64,000 nt of DNA from Planctomycetota bacterium (lineage in GTDB: Bacteria > Planctomycetota > Planctomycetia > JALXBF01): NCBI GenBank assembly GCA_026981825.1, contig JALSID010000115.1, positions 4,198-68,197 of the forward strand, written 5' to 3'. Under the pieces are notes generated by a model. The model did no database searches. It was not told where the DNA came from and saw only the letters and a list, made by a program, of their open reading frames with translations. Below, one piece after another: positions 1 to 15,000 of this stretch (positions within the stretch are counted from its first letter, which is position 1; each line of letters begins with the position of its first letter). Both the position numbers and the translations under genes were made by a program.

Positions 1-3000
1 CCGTGAGCCGGAAGCGGCGCCATTTTCCGGTCTCCGGGTCCGGACCAGTCAGGCTTACGTTCTGTACCTTAGTTCCCAAGCTCGCTTGGGCGGTGTCGTC
101 GCTGTCCAGCGTGAGTAAGTATGAAAATGCCAGTTCAAGGGGCACACCGCTATCGCTTGGAATGCCCGTTAATGAAGCGGTCGCCGAATCACTCGACCGG
201 TTGACTCCGGATTCGGCCCGGAACTGTAGGTGGTGCGGGAGGGAGTGTCCCGGCCTGGGTACCCCGTCGTCGTCTTTCGGTACTTGATCACTCACCGTCC
301 ACAACGGGCTGTTGGTTGAAAACACGAAGCCATCCCGCGACCCCCGTCCATCCCCGTCGGCGACGTCGGCGGTGAAGTATACGTTCCAGTTCTTCTTCCC
401 GGAGAACAAGTGGACCGTGCCATTCCCGTCGCCTCCCGCGCTGTCGCCGACCAGCAGGTCGCCGATCGAGTCGCCGTCGACGTCGCCGGCAGGAGCGGCC
501 ATGATGGTACCGAGAAAGCCACGGATCTGAACGTCGCGATCTTCGAGTACATTGATGATACCATTGTCGATAACACCGCCCCAGTGTTGTGGATCGGAAC
601 TCCCAAAGAGCACGTAGACCCCCGACTTGCTGAACGGGAGCACCTTGCCATCCGAGTCCTTGAAGGTGGTGAAGGTCGCCTCATCGCCACGCGTGACCGT
701 CACCACGATGTCATCGATGCCGTCGCCGTTGTAGTCGCCCGGGCGTGCGATGAAGCTTTGCGAACCAAAGATCGACGGAGCGGTCAGTGGAGCCGGGAGC
801 AACAACTGGACCGGCCGTCGGCCAAGCCTCTCGTCCTCCGTCCCGTCGCGGCCGAACCGGATCGACGCGACCGTCGGTCGGCTCAGCCGGTCTGCCGGAT
901 GCTCGCTTGTGGACGGATCGGGGGCCGACAACTCTGCCGGGTTGCCGAAGTACTCGCGCACCGCCACGATGAAGTCGCCGTAGCCATCCCCGTCAATATC
1001 GCCTAGTGGAACCGAAACAGGCTTGTCCAGATCGAACTGAGGTGTCACCGTCAGCGAATCGTTGCCAGCAGCCACGTGAAGCACTTGCCCGACCTGACCA
1101 CCAAAGCGAATATGATACGCTCCCATGGGTTCCAAGTCGTTGTCTGACTTGCTGTCGATCTGGTTTATGTTGCGGACGTTTAAAAGGTAGAAGTTCGGCA
1201 CTCCAGAAAACTGCTCGACCGGTATGGCTGACACGATTCTTCCATGCTCGTCGGTTTCCACCTGTGCGGGAAACAGAAACACGTTCTTGCCCTTAAACTC
1301 GTCCGCGTTAAACCGATCATTCTGCGCGGAGTTGATCGAGCCATCTTCGTTGACGAATGTGACCGAGATCATTTCCGGAGTCAAGAGGGCGGTCTTAGAT
1401 CCTGCGAACTGGCGGCTCGATAGCGGAGCCGGGATGAGGTACCAGTCTTCCCGGTCACCAGGATGAATAGTCGCTTCGATCACATCACCGGGCCCTGGCC
1501 GCGGTACCAAGCTGGCGAAGCGTGGTTCGTCGTTGAAGCCGCGTTCGCTGCCCCGCGTGACCATCTCGTAGGGGTCGGGCGTAACTGCACGGCCCCCTGC
1601 GAGCAGGTCATCGTCCGGGCCGCCGGTGATGGAGTCGCTACCCGGGCCACCCGCGATAAAGTCCACACCGGGGCCGCCGTCGATCGTGTCCGATTCCGCC
1701 CCACCGAAGAGCAGATCGTTGCCCGGACCGCCAAGAATCACGAGCGACCCAATGGCCGAGCCCTGGGGCCGATCCTGGGGATCGATCCCCCACTCCCTCT
1801 CCGCGCCCGGGAACCTGTATCCGGGATCGGCATGCACAACGTCGTCGCCTGAACGGACGTCGATCACCGTGCGCTCGATCTCGAACGGCTGGTAGAAGGC
1901 GTAGTGCTCCAGGAATTCCCCCGGGCCGGTAAAGCCCGCAGCCCGGGCGGTGGGCGAGTCCGCAGCGACAAACTGTTCGTTGGCCACGTCCCACACAAGG
2001 CTGGCGAACTCGTAACGCTGCAGCGTCGTGTTGTAGCGGATGGCCACGTGATCAGGTACAGGGCGGCCCAGCCGATCCCGATCGCCGCCCAAGAAGATCA
2101 CCTCGTCCCTGCCCGGCCCCCCATCAAACCGGTCGCTCAGTGTGGGGACGAACGACCGCTTCGGCCCCGAGCCGAGGCTACGCTGCGGCGGAGTCAACAG
2201 CGGGAGGCGGTCGGGAATGATCTGGAAGCGGTCATCCCCCTCGCCACCAAAGAGCAGATCACTGGCCTGCCGGTCCGCTCCACCCGTTAGAACGTCGTTC
2301 CCCGGTCCGCCGAAGATCCATTCTTCGCCCGAGCCGCCCGCGAGGACGTCGGCGCCTTCGCCGCCCAAGAGCACATCGCGACGCGGCTCCGCGATGAACG
2401 TAGCGACATCGACAGATCGCCCGGCGGACAGGTCGAGCGTCGCGAAGTTCTGCCCTTCGATCACCGGCTGCAGTTCGTAACGGGCAGGTTGCGGAGACGT
2501 TCCTCCAGGCGCGGCATGCGTGATACGCACGGTTCCGCTGTGAGCCAGCCCGAGGGGGAGGGTGGCCCAGGTCCCCGCCCCAGCCGTCTCGGCTGCTACC
2601 GTCACGCGCTGCGGCCTCGTGGTATCTCCCCCACCGCCAAGTCTGCCGTGGTGGCCGCGGCCAGTCTGATCGCGCACGGTGTCGCCAGTGCCATCGAAGG
2701 TCCAGTAAGCGACTAACCCCGGTTCCGTGCCGATCAGCCTCCGCCCCAGATCCCGCTCAATTTCCTCGGCCGTCCGAGCACGGTCCCAGAATCGAACCTC
2801 GGCTATGTTGCCGACGAAAAAGTCGTTACCGCTCTTTCCAATAAACAACAGCTCATCAGGGTTCGGTGCAAAGCTGTCAACAGTTGCGGTGCCAACCTCG
2901 CTGCCATCCACGTAAAGCTTCATGGTCTTCGTGGCATCGTCGAACGTGGCGGCGATGTGGGCCCATTTCCCGAGCAGAACGCGGGGCCCTCCAAGGGCAG

Positions 3001-6000
3001 TCCACGCCGTCTGCCCCTTCCCCTTGCCAACGGAAAACTCCCAGGTGTTGTCGGACCGGACCTTCAGGCTATACCCGAAGGTTCCCGCCTCGGAGCCCGT
3101 GATAGACTTGCGGCTCTCCACAATACCCCGAACTCGGTTCTCCCCGCCGGTCACCTGCACCCAGGCTTCGATCGTGAAGCTGCCGGGATTCAATTCAGCC
3201 GCGTGGGGCACACTTACGAAATCGTCAGTACCGTCAAAGGCCAACATCCACTGGTCGAGGTACTCGATCCTCACCGGCGTCGAGCCCCCGGTTTGAACGA
3301 GGCGCAATTGATCCGTGCCGCTCGGTAACAGCGGCTGGTCTTCTACGTCTTCGTTGCCTGCATCCTTCGGTAGGATAAGTTGGAACCGGAACTCGTCCTC
3401 GTCCGAAGTACCGTGGAGCGTTAGGCCGGTAACACGGTGCAGATCGACGAGGTTGCCCAGATCAGCCGTGGTACCGGCACCGCTCGATTCGGTCCGGTCC
3501 TGGGCCGCGACCAGACCGAACGTCAACTGGTACACCGTGGGCGTCCGGTCGGTGGTCACGCGGATCAGGTATTCGGTGTTTGCGGCGAGCTTCGCGGCGG
3601 ACTGGCCGTTCTTCTCGAAACCGAGGGCTTCGGCGCCGGTGATCGTCAGGGCCGCCATCTTCCGTTCCAGAGGCACCAGGACCAACCGATCGCCCTCCAC
3701 CCGGAACCGGACCGCACCACCGAACCCGGTCCCGGCCAGCGCCTTGCCCAGCGCGCCGTTGAGGTCGTCGGCCAGGTCTTGCAGCTTCGCATTATTGACC
3801 GTCGAAGCTGCCGCGAGGGTGACCGCAACCGCGCTGGCGGTATCGTCGTTAAACCGGAGCGTGAAGGTCACATCCTCGCTGAGTCTTCCGGCTGGGGGGC
3901 CGAGGTTGGCTGCGGTGATAGCGCCAAGGCGGTCGAGCTCGATCCGCTGGAAATCGTCGGCCGGTATCAGCAGCCGCGTACCGGCCAACACGCCGCTGGC
4001 ATCGTGTACCGGTTCGCGCAGTTCCCATCGCATACGGTCGCCAAGCGATAGACTATCGAGTGTCAACACGTCCCCTGGCTGGGGGGCCGAAGCCAATCGA
4101 AACCGGTACCAATCCTCGTCGTCCGGGTTATCGATCGAGAGCCCGGTGACGGCAACGTCACTGCCGATGGGTGTGAGCGGGTCGTTATCGCGAGTCCGTT
4201 CGCCCGCATCGCCGTCCAGTGCGTAAGCGAACTGGGGCAGGTCATTGCGGTGCGCCACCCCGTCGCCGCCCCGCAGGCGCGCGATCGGATCGTCGGTCTG
4301 GTCGATCAGAATCGGCGCACCCGGTTGCACTTCGATCCGATCGTCGCCCCGGCCGCCATCCACCCAGACGCTCTTGGTTACCGTGGGACCGATCTCCACC
4401 CGATCATTGCCGTCCAGGGCATCGATGAGGATTGCCAGGAAATCGTCTTCGGGCGGCAGCGCCCTCTGGAGCAACTCCGTTTGGACCGCGGCCGTGTTTG
4501 TCATCGGTTCGGTGAATCCAAGCGCATCGAGAGCCGCCTCGCGCGCTTCGGGATCCGCTGTTTGCAGCGCGTCGAACGGAACGACCGCATCACGGCGATC
4601 CCAGATGCGGCGGCCGTCTGCATCGGTAGCGTCGAAATCGAGCCGTACCTGGGCATCGAATGTGAAGTTGCCCCCGTTGTCCGTCAGCCGTGTGATCAGG
4701 TGATGCCCTGAAAGCAGCCCCGGCTCGGTGACGAAATCGACCGTGATCACATCGTCCAGGTTTGACCCGGCATAATACCAGACGCGGTTGGTCGACCGAG
4801 CGTACTGTTTCCATTCGTCTCCGGCCAATTGGCTGTCGAGCGCTTCGAAGGGTTGGCCCGTCCGGGTGAAAAGTTGATCGTCGCCACTGCGGCCGTACAT
4901 AAAGTCCAGGCCGGTGCCAGCATAAAGCGAATCGTTGTTCTCGCCGCCGAGCATACGGTTGAGTCCGGTGTCCTCTAGCGGGTAGGGCCTGCGCCGCTGC
5001 TCCTCGGGCAAGCCGGCGTCTTCGTCCAGGAATCCGTCGCCGTCCAGGTCGCCGTTGCTGTCGGTGAGGGTTCCGTCCGGTTTGACAAAGACGCCGAACT
5101 GGGGCGATGCGCCACCCTGCTGCGGCAGCGCGCCATCGCCGGCGACAACGCCTTCTGGATGGAACGACCACGCGTACAGCTCATTCGTCCCCGGCCCGCC
5201 CAGCAGGTCGTCGAATCCCTGGCCGGCAAAGAGCACGTCGTGCTGGGCCGTGTCCGGCGCCACCGCATCGCTGCTCGTACTGTCGCCCCACAGGCGATCG
5301 TCGCCGGCGAGGCCGAACAGGACGTCGCTACCTGGCCCCCCGTCCAGCCGGTCGCGGCCGCCGGTACCCACCAGCCGGTCGTCGCCCGGCCCGCCGTCGA
5401 GCACGCCGATCCAGTCCTGCACTTCGGCTTGCGCGTTGCGATCCAGCAGTGCCGAGATGTCCAGCGCGTCCGGTCCGGCCACGAACTCCAGCACGTCGTC
5501 GCCACCCAGTCCAGCCACACGGAACTGTTCAACGAGCGGCTCGCCCTTGGCGTCGGTCCAGACCGCCTCGAACTTGGCCGTGGCGGGTAACGTCGAGGTG
5601 GTGTACTCGACCAGCAACTGCCCTCCCTGCGCCGCGCCCACGTCGTTCCCCCGGAAGTTGTAAAGTCTCTCCCCCGGCTTCGATTGTCGCAACCGGATTG
5701 TGTCGTCGGCATTCGTGCCATTGATCAGCAGAATATCGGTGGCGTTATCATCCGGCACGTCGGCTGCTGAAGCATTGCCGAAATGGCCGTCGATCACGTC
5801 ACCGAGCTCGGTATAGTTGGCTCGGGCGTCGAGCACGATCATGTCGATCCAGCCACCACCGTACACAGTGTCCCGGCCGTCCTGGCCTTCCAGCCAATCG
5901 CTGTCAGCTCCACCCCAAAGCTCATCACGCCCACCGCCGCCGAAGAGTTGATCTTCGCCCGAATCGCCGAACAACCGATCGGGCGCACCCAGCGTGTCCC

Positions 6001-9000
6001 CCTGACGGTTGCGGCTGTAACCCGGTCCGTGCAGCTCTTCGCCGTGCAGGTAGTCGTTGCCCGCCTCGCCGACCAGGATCTCCTGGCGAAGATTGCCGTA
6101 CAGCCAATCGCCGCCGGGGCCACCGTGCAACTCGTCGCCACGCAAGCCCGTTTCCTGGGCGGCGTCGGTTGTCGGAGCGTAAGCGAACAGCGTATCGATC
6201 CCGCCGCCCCCCCAAAGGCGCTGGCCGGCGAGAGTCTCGATGGTGGCCGTCGCCCCGCTGTACTCGGGCAAGTCCTCACCGTCGCTGTTCTTGGCCTCGA
6301 AATTGGACAGCGTGACGCTCTGTGTCTGATAGCCCGAGCCGACAAAGATGCCGATCTTGGTCTTGCCCACGCGACGGGCTTCGAGCGCGAGGTCCAAGTT
6401 CGCCGCGATCAGAGCTGCTTGAATCGCTGCGTTGATGTCGGCCACCAGGTCGTCGATGCTCTGGTTGTCGGTCAACCTCGCACTCTTCCCCACGTCCACG
6501 GACAAACTCGTCGAACCGACCATCACATCGAACTTGAGTGTGCCCGGCGCAAAGTTGGTAGTTGAAGTGGTGATCGCCGCTACGGTCTGACGTACCCCGC
6601 CGTCTCCGAAGAGCAAGTCATCGCCGGCATCGCCGTAGAGCTGATCAATACCGCCGTCGCCACGTAACACATCGTTGTTAGCACCACCGCGCAGAACGTC
6701 GTTTCCGTCCCCCCCTTCGATCCGGTCGTGGCCGATGCCGGCGTCGAGGTAGTCGTGCCCCCCATCGCCGAAGAGCCGGTCGTCATCGCCCCCGCCGAAC
6801 AGCCAATCGCCGTCATTGCCGCCATGGATGGTGTCGGCGCCGTCGGCGGAATCGCCCGGTACCGAGGCGCCGAAGACAAACCTCGGCGTGATCTGCGGCG
6901 GTGTGAATCCGGTCCGAAACCGCGCTTCGGTCGCCATCCAATCGTCCGGTGCCGCGAAGTTCTCCTGCTGCACCGCCGAATGCCGTGCGTCGGTCCAGAA
7001 ATCGGTTTCGGCGAATTCGGCAAAACCGCCCCAGATCACGTCGCGTCCGGCTCCGGCGTCGACATAATCATCGCCTAAGCCGCCCACAATCCAGTCGTCG
7101 CCCCCTAGACCGAAGACCTGGTCATCGCCGTCGCCCGCATCGATCACGTCGGCACCCCCACCGGCGTTAATGAAATCGTCGCCGGTTTGGCCGAGGATCC
7201 AGTCATGGCCCCCGCCAGTGACGATGCGGTCATCCCCTGGGCCACCTTCGACTGTATTCTCTCCGCCCGCGATGCGGATCTCATCGTCCCCCTCCTGCCC
7301 GAAGACTCGATCGTTCCCGAGGTTCAGCCGTATGACGTCGTTGCCGGCGCCCGCATACACCGTATGATCGCCCAGCGAACCGAAGATCCGGTCAGCGTGG
7401 TCCTCGCTGGACGTGCCCCTGGGAATGGGTTCCGTGGGATCGGTCCGGTCGCCGTAGATGGTCTCCACGTCACCGCCGCTGTTTTCGTCCGATAGCCCCA
7501 CACCAGGGAAGACGCCGGCGTAGATTCGATCGGCGCCCCATCCCCCGATAAGCGTGTCACTCCCCGGGCCGCCGGCCAGTTCGTCGCTTCCGGCCCCCCC
7601 GTCGATCTGGTCATCGCCTCTGCCTCCGTCGATCCGGTCGTCGCCCCCGCCGCCGAAGAGCAGATCGCTGAACGCCCCCCCGTCGATCCGGTCGTCCCCG
7701 TCGCCGCCGCGGATGTTATCGCCCCCTCGGCCGCCGAGGAGTTCGTCGTCCCCTGCGCCGCCGTCGATTACATCGTCATCCAGTCCACCATCGACGAAGT
7801 CATTGCCCGCTCCCGCGACGATCACGTCCTTTCCCGTCTGGCCCAGGATCCGGTCGTCACCGTCTTCGCCAAAGACCTGATCGTTGCCCCATCCGCCCTG
7901 GATCTGGTCACCGTCGGCGCCGCCGCGGATCACGTCATCGCCACGGCCACCGTCGATGATGTCGGCTCCGGAACCGCCATCGATCGTATCGTTCCCGCCT
8001 CCGGCGGTGATCATGTCGGCCCCGTCGCCGCCGGAGATCAGATCGGAGGATGGCCCGCCGGCGAGCTGATCGTTGCCCGCGCCCCCATTCAGCGTGGCCG
8101 GGCCGCCCCCAGCAACCAACACGTCGTCGCCCGGCCCCCCCACCAGCTCCACAGGCACGCTCACCCCCTCGTGAATGATGATCTGGTCGTTCCCAGCGCC
8201 GCCGTCCGCATAGATCCGATTGACGCCCGAAAAGGTCTGCCGGAGCCCGAAGGCCTCGACCACCACCTCATTAGGCGTGCTGCCGGGTAGTACGCGAAAC
8301 ACCTCGTCCCCGTCGCTGGTATCGCCATGGCTGCGCGCCACGGCGTTCGGGCCCATGTTCAGCGTCAAAAGGTCGCCGTTTTGGGACGCTAAAACTGGCG
8401 GCTCCACGTCGCAGAACGAGTGAGCCAAGTCGAAAATCGTAATCGAGGCCAACTCCTTGTGCGCATCGATGATGGTTAATTTAAAGAAGCCCAGCTTGAT
8501 TTGGATCTTCACAAAGGCGGCCAGGCTCGCCCGCAAACTTCCCGTCACGTCGAAGACGCACTGCACTCCCTGGCGCAGTCGATGGCCCAGCTCGTCCAGA
8601 TGGACTCTGCCACCGTCACTCGGGTCTGGGTCTACCAGGTCGAACCCCGCGTTGCCGAACAAACCACCGCCGGCACCCGCAAGAACCGTGGCAATCCCCA
8701 GATCCACGCCCAGGGCAGCATAGGCCGCAAAGCTGGCGAAAAAGTCGAGCTCGTTAATGTCGCGACCATCCACCGTATCGCGGATGTAGAAGCCATTGAG
8801 GAGGTTCCCCGCGTCGCCCGTTTCCACGGCCTGCCTTAATCCACGGGTGTCGAATCCAAACCGGAAACTCGCCGCTAATCCTGCCCGCGCATCGAAGTAG
8901 ATCGTCAAGAAGGGGGGAAACACGGGTATCGAGGGAATCGGAATCGACGTCGTTACGTTAAACGTGGGCAGGTTCAGCTTGATCAGATCAATGTCTTGGC

Positions 9001-12000
9001 CCAAGAGCAGCCGAAAAACGGACGTGGGTTTGTCAATGAACGGGAACGTTAAACCGCTCCCGTGCTGACTGGGAATGTTCCCCGCCTCGTCGAAGAACTC
9101 CCTGGCTGCCTCCTGCCCCGCCTTGTTCAGTTCCTCCTGCACCTGCCTCTTCAAATCCTCGTCTCTAATCTCGTTGCCACTAGCGTCCCTGGGCGTGAGT
9201 CCGCTCAGCGTTTCGTTGTTCAGGTCGTCGGTGGAAATCGTGAAACCGCCGATTGGAATGTCGCCAGTCGCGAGGTTTCGGGAAGCGTCCGCCAGCCGCG
9301 AGATGGAATGTAAGGCGCTAACAAATTGCGCCGAGGTCTCAACCGATCGCCGCACGGATTCGTTCGGCGCGAACTGCTTCGCCAGGGTCAGCACCGTCAC
9401 AGGGCTTTTGCTCAGATCCGAAATGATCGGGATCGGCGTCGTTAGGAAATCCACCACGGGCTTGATCGGGGCGAGAACCGAAGCGATCTTCTCAACGACC
9501 GGCCGCCCGAAGTTTGTGATGAGCTGCCCCGGATTGATCCGCACATTCTCGAAGGTCACGGAGGGCGTTCCGAGGAACTGCCCCGTCTTGGCCGCTGTAT
9601 CCACCTGGTCGAAGGTCCAATCGATGCCGAAGTCGGCCTTGATTTCCGGGAAGTTCGCATTAGCGCCAAAGCCAGCGACCAGGTCGAGGTTGACGTCAGC
9701 GTTGCCATCGAGCGTCGCCTTGATGCCAAGCCCTGCGAACTCGGATGTTGTCAGCCGCCCATCACCGCTCGGATCAACGAGGTCGATGGTGAATTCCCCC
9801 GTGAACGCGCTCGGATCGCCCGAATCATCGGACGCATCGATTCGGAGGAACCCCAACCTGCCGGTGGCCTTGAAGTCCGGGATGCGAGCGTCCAGCGTGA
9901 TCGACAGCTCTGGGATCTCGTTACCTTCTTTGTCTTTGTTCGATGTTCGGAAGTAGACACCCTGCGTCTTGCTGATCCCGACGCCCACGGTGAACGTGAA
10001 GCCGAGCTCGGTGGCCACCTTGCCGTCGAGTTCCAGGCCGAGGTTGTCCAAACCGATGTCGAAGCCGATCGGCACATCAAGCAGTGTGGCGTCGCGGCCA
10101 AGTTGCATGACGAACTGGACGTCCTCCGGTCTATTGGTGTCGGGCAGCCTGATGTCGTCCACGGTGATAACGCCGTCGCTGTTCATGTCTTTCAGCCAGC
10201 CCAGGTTGCCCGGGCCGAGGGCGTCGAACAAAGCCCGACGAACGGTGTCCTTGTCCCGCCGCACGTTGCGGGCAGCTAACGCTTCAAACTCGTCTCGGAC
10301 GGCATCGCGGATGTCCGCCAGGAAGCGCGCTGCATCGCGGAGACCTGTGCCGATCAAGGGCAGCTTGACCGCGGCGAATACCCCCTTGTCCAAGCCTGCC
10401 TCCAGAGCACGGAAGAATCCCTCCCAACCGTCACCGATCGCCCCCATGTCGGAGGCCACGTCGCCGATCTGTTCGATGATGCCACTGAAATCGGGCACGT
10501 CGATGGTCGCACGCGACGGGTCGGCAAGATCCACTGTGAGTTGAAAGACGTGGTCCAAGACGCCATCACCGTCGGTATCGCGGCGCGTCCTGGTGATGGG
10601 CGTGTCCTTGTTGGGTCCGAACACCGGCAGCGTTGCCTTCGCCGTTCCTGAGACGACCACATCGAGGATCTGCGGCGTGTTGCCAACGAACTCGTCGAGA
10701 TAGTACCGACGGTCCGCGGGGTCGTTGGCCAGATCGATCGTGAATGTCGCCGGATTCTCTCCGTTAGCGATGGTCACAGAACTGGCGATGTCATCCTTCG
10801 TACCCACCGTCCCATCGGCCCCGCTGTCAGGATGCACAAAGATTCCCAGCGGACCGACGGCCGCGCTGAACTCCACATCGCCGGCGGCCGCCCGAAGCCG
10901 CAGTTCGACGTTCGTCGTGTCCTTGATAAATGGCCGCAGTCGGCGATCCGCAAGGTCGATACCGAAGTCGAGATGTAACGTGGACCCGATGTCCAGTTGT
11001 AAGGGAGTCTCCCCCCGTACGTCGACGAAGCCTTTTACGAAGGGGTCGAAGTTGAGTTGCGCCTCGACACGCTCTTGGCTTTCCAGCGTTAAGTCAATTC
11101 CCAGGGCCGGACCGGTGGTGAGCTCCAACGTTAACTGACTGTCGGTGAGCCCGAAGGCCGACTCGATACGATCTTCGAGTTCCTGGAGCGTGCCGGCTGG
11201 GTTGTCGCGCAGGTTCGATAACAGCTCGATGAACTGCCCGTCAATGCCGACCAGTTGTGGGACCGACCGGTTGAGGATCGGCAGCTTGCGACCAAGCAGG
11301 CGGGTACTGTCGAGGTTCTCCAGGTCGGCTAAGAACCGGTCCGCCACCCCCTGGAGGCCGTCAACGATGGTTTGAAAATCCAGATCCGGCAAAGTGCCCA
11401 GGTTCTCAAACCCGGTGGTTGTGACATGCACCGTCCCCGGGAACTGCCAACTCGCCACCACCTTTGCGTCCTCATCCACCCTGAGGCCACCGATGTTGCC
11501 TGCCACCGAAACCGGCAACACCAGGTTGGCTGAACCGGTAACGTTCACGGAGTTGCCTGAGAGCGTATGGTCGGCAAGCTCGCGCAGCCCGATGCGTCCG
11601 TCTCCATCGCGGTCTTCCAGCGTCAGGCTGGCGCTGAGCCCCCCTTGCAGGGATCCCCCGGTGACGGTGACGCCGAGGCCGAAGTCCTGGGGGCCGAAGC
11701 GGGCCGAGCCATCGATGTCCTCGGCCGTTAGCGTGACCGTCCCCTCCAACAAGGCACTCCGGAAGAACAATCGGTCCGAAAGAGCGCCCACCCGGAGCGG
11801 CGGGCTGGTCAGTTTGGGCTCGCTATCGCCGTCTTCATCGCCACCAACCAGTCCCAGAGCAAACCCGGCTAGTGAACCATTGGTCGCGCTCACGGCAAAC
11901 GTGTGGTCTCCCGTCGTCTTGTCTTCCAGTTCAATGAGCGTGCGATGGATCTCGTTCGAATCGGTCGTTTCGCTCCCCTTGCGATCCTGGAACACGAGCC

Positions 12001-15000
12001 GAGCACTGAACTTGGCATTGCCGTCACGATCGCTCGGAGCAGCCGCGTTCAGGTCCACAATCAGGTCAGACAGGGTGGTCACGTCTTTCGTCGGGTCGCT
12101 CGGATCGGAGCGCCGCTGGAAATCGACGTTGAACGTCGTCCCATCTCGGAGCGTGATCGTCAGGTCGTCTCCATCGGCTATCGGAATACCGCGTCCGTCG
12201 TTCAATTCGCGTAGGAAGGTCCTCTCGGTGACGGCCGGCGGCTTACTCAGGTCTAATGCAACGGTCAACGAGCCGCCCACTTCGGCCTGCGTGGTTAGCG
12301 TGCTGTCGGTCTGGAAGTCAGAGATCTTGCCCAAATCGACGTCCTCTCCGATTGGGATCGCAACACCGAACAGCACCGTGTTGAAGTCAATGGTGTAGGT
12401 GAGCGCCGGATCGTCTCTGGTGCCGTCACCGTTCAGGTCATCGGTGTAGCTCAGGTCGGTTATGACCCCCGGTAGCAGATCAGCCAGTTCCTGGGCGGTG
12501 GCGAAGCTCAAACCGGAGGCCTCCTGACCGGGGTCGAACCCGAGCGGTTCACCTCCGCTGATCGTGAGCGACCTGACCGTGTCGCTGCCGCCGATGAAGA
12601 CGATCCGGCCGCCATGTAATCCCGCCTTCAGAGCATGTGTGTCGATTCCAACCGCATCGAGCGCCGGACCTAGTGACGCGTTCAGATCATTCACCAGGGC
12701 CCGCGCGTCCTCGTTGTCGGCTAGTTGATCAGGGGTAAGCGTGACATTCACGCTGGTCTGGCCGTTGAGTGTCAGCGTCAGGCCCACGCCCTGGCCTTGG
12801 CCTGGGACACCGTTGGCCGGGACCAACCCGCGCGCCACCAAACGCACGCTGGAAATCGGGTCGAGGAGCGTTTCTTTTAGCGCCTGTTGAAAGTCGAGCA
12901 GATCGCCCAGATCACCAGAGTCGGCAAAGGGCAAATCGACGTTGAGCCAACCGCTGGCACGCAGCGTGTCAAGGGCCAGCCCGGCCTGCCCGAACAACCC
13001 CACCACTGTCTGCGCATCCAGGGTGCGGAATGGCTCGAACCGATGGAAGTTCCGCGCCGTGTAGCGAGCTGTCGTCGTGCTGTCAAAATCCGAAGGCTGC
13101 ACGAACACAGGAAGCTGATCGTCGAAGACGTTGGGATCGACCATCTCGAACGTCCCACCGGTGATGCTCGCTTCCCCCATGAATGCGCTGATGTCGAAGC
13201 CCACCTCTAGCGAACCCTTCGTCGCTACCGTTAAGCTCGACACGGGCAGTTCTTGCAATTCGCCCGCCGTGATCCGCGTTGTCTCCGTGTCCGGATTAGC
13301 CACATTCACGTCCACTTGCGCGTTAAACTTGACGCTCGAATCGCCGGTAAGTGGCGTCACGGAGACCTCAAGGAATCCCAAGCGTCCATCAAAACCGACC
13401 GAACTATTGACATTCAAACCGGTACTCAATGACACGTTGTCGAGGAAAAATGCGTCCGCGCCGGTCCGGTTCCCGTCTAGGCCAAAATCGAACTTGAGCG
13501 AAAAACTCGGCGCCACGTCGATCGTTACGTCCCCTACCGGGGCGATACCAAAGTCGAATAGTTGTTGGAAAGGCAACGGGATGCGGACATCTGGAAGGGT
13601 AGCGGACCATGTGACCTTGAATACGTCGTCTTCGAACTTCACGGCCTGGTCGGAGTCGCCCAGAGCGTCGTTGAGCCTGCTGGCCAGTTCCCTGGCGGTC
13701 GCGGGCTGACCCGGTTGCAGACCAGCGAAGTATGTTTGCGCCGAGGCGAGTAGTTTCTGGCGCAACAATTTGGGCAGGTCGACCAGATCGGCGATCGATG
13801 GGTTCAAAACCGAGGTGCTGAACTCTTCTGTTTCGAACAAACCGGTGAGCCATTCAGCGAGCGACGTAAGCCCCTGTAGAATCGCCGACTGATCCTCGGT
13901 GCCGAGTACATCGGGTGCGGGCGCGGTGATACCGTTCAGCTTCTCGACCAGGTCGGCGTCGATCGGACTGGCGGGATCACCGGCAGGCAACCCTTTTGCA
14001 CTGCGAAAGGCTTCGATCGCGTGCTGCGTGTTCGGGCCTAGGATGCCGTCCGGATCGAGAGGCTTCCCGCCAAGGCCCCTATAGCCGAGTTGCCGCAGCC
14101 GCTGCTGGGTCGCGAGGATCGAACGCGGACCCGTCCCTGCCGTGACCGCGCCGGGACCTTGTGCGCTAAAACCCCGACGCACGTCGATGCGCAGCCGCTC
14201 GGTTCTCCTCCGCCCGTTGTGTTCAAATCCGACGGTCACAAAAATTACTCCCTGGAATCCCGCTGCCGCCGGGTCGGCGTCCAGTCGGGCAGTGGGGTTC
14301 CCCGCATCCGGATCGATGGCTTCGGGAACGAAGTAGAAGCGGCCCGTTTCAGCGAACGATTGGCCCTCGATGCGGTCCGAAAGGATGATCTTGCCGAGCG
14401 TCTTCTTCGTACCGCCGGGGAGGACACGCACCACGCGGAACTCACCCGGCCGCCGCGTGCTTTCGACCAGATCGGCCCCCTCAACGCCAAGCAATTGGAA
14501 ATTCTGACGACCAGGGTTGGCCCCTGACGTGTTGACGGCGATCACGTCTCCGGTGCGTCCGCGCGCTCTGGCGGCTAGTTCCAACCGCACATTGTCGATC
14601 GCGATCTCGGAGGTAACCTCGCCGGAGCCGCTGATGACCTCAAACGTCACCGTGTGGACCTGACCGCGCAGCGACTCGGGGATCTCCAGCCGGTACCCCT
14701 GGAAGTCAGCATCCGTGGCGTCCAACCGCAGCCCGCCGCCGTCGATGGCCGCATCGCCTATCCGAACTTGGAGCCTGTCCGCATCGCTCGCCTGCAGGCG
14801 GCGCATCTCGAACCGCACGGCCACTGCATCAGGGGGCACATAGAGCTGGCTGTGGGTGAGCTTGGTGTGGCGGGCACTCAGGACCGCAAATCGATCGGCG
14901 TCGGGCGGCGCCGTAAATCGCGTGGCGTTGCCGGACCCTGTGGAGCGGGCAGGATCAAAACCGACCTGCGCGCCGAATGCACCGGTCCCGTGATCCGACC

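Noticed and set aside
3315-12398. Numerous plus-strand ORFs (e.g. 3315..4226, 9075..9956, 9969..10544, 11394..12398) inside positions 1-16000
   Set aside because: All are Ser/Pro/Arg-rich, low-complexity translations of the strand opposite the giant RTX gene. The minus strand (frame of ATG 16357) translates to coherent RTX/LamG/lipase domains.
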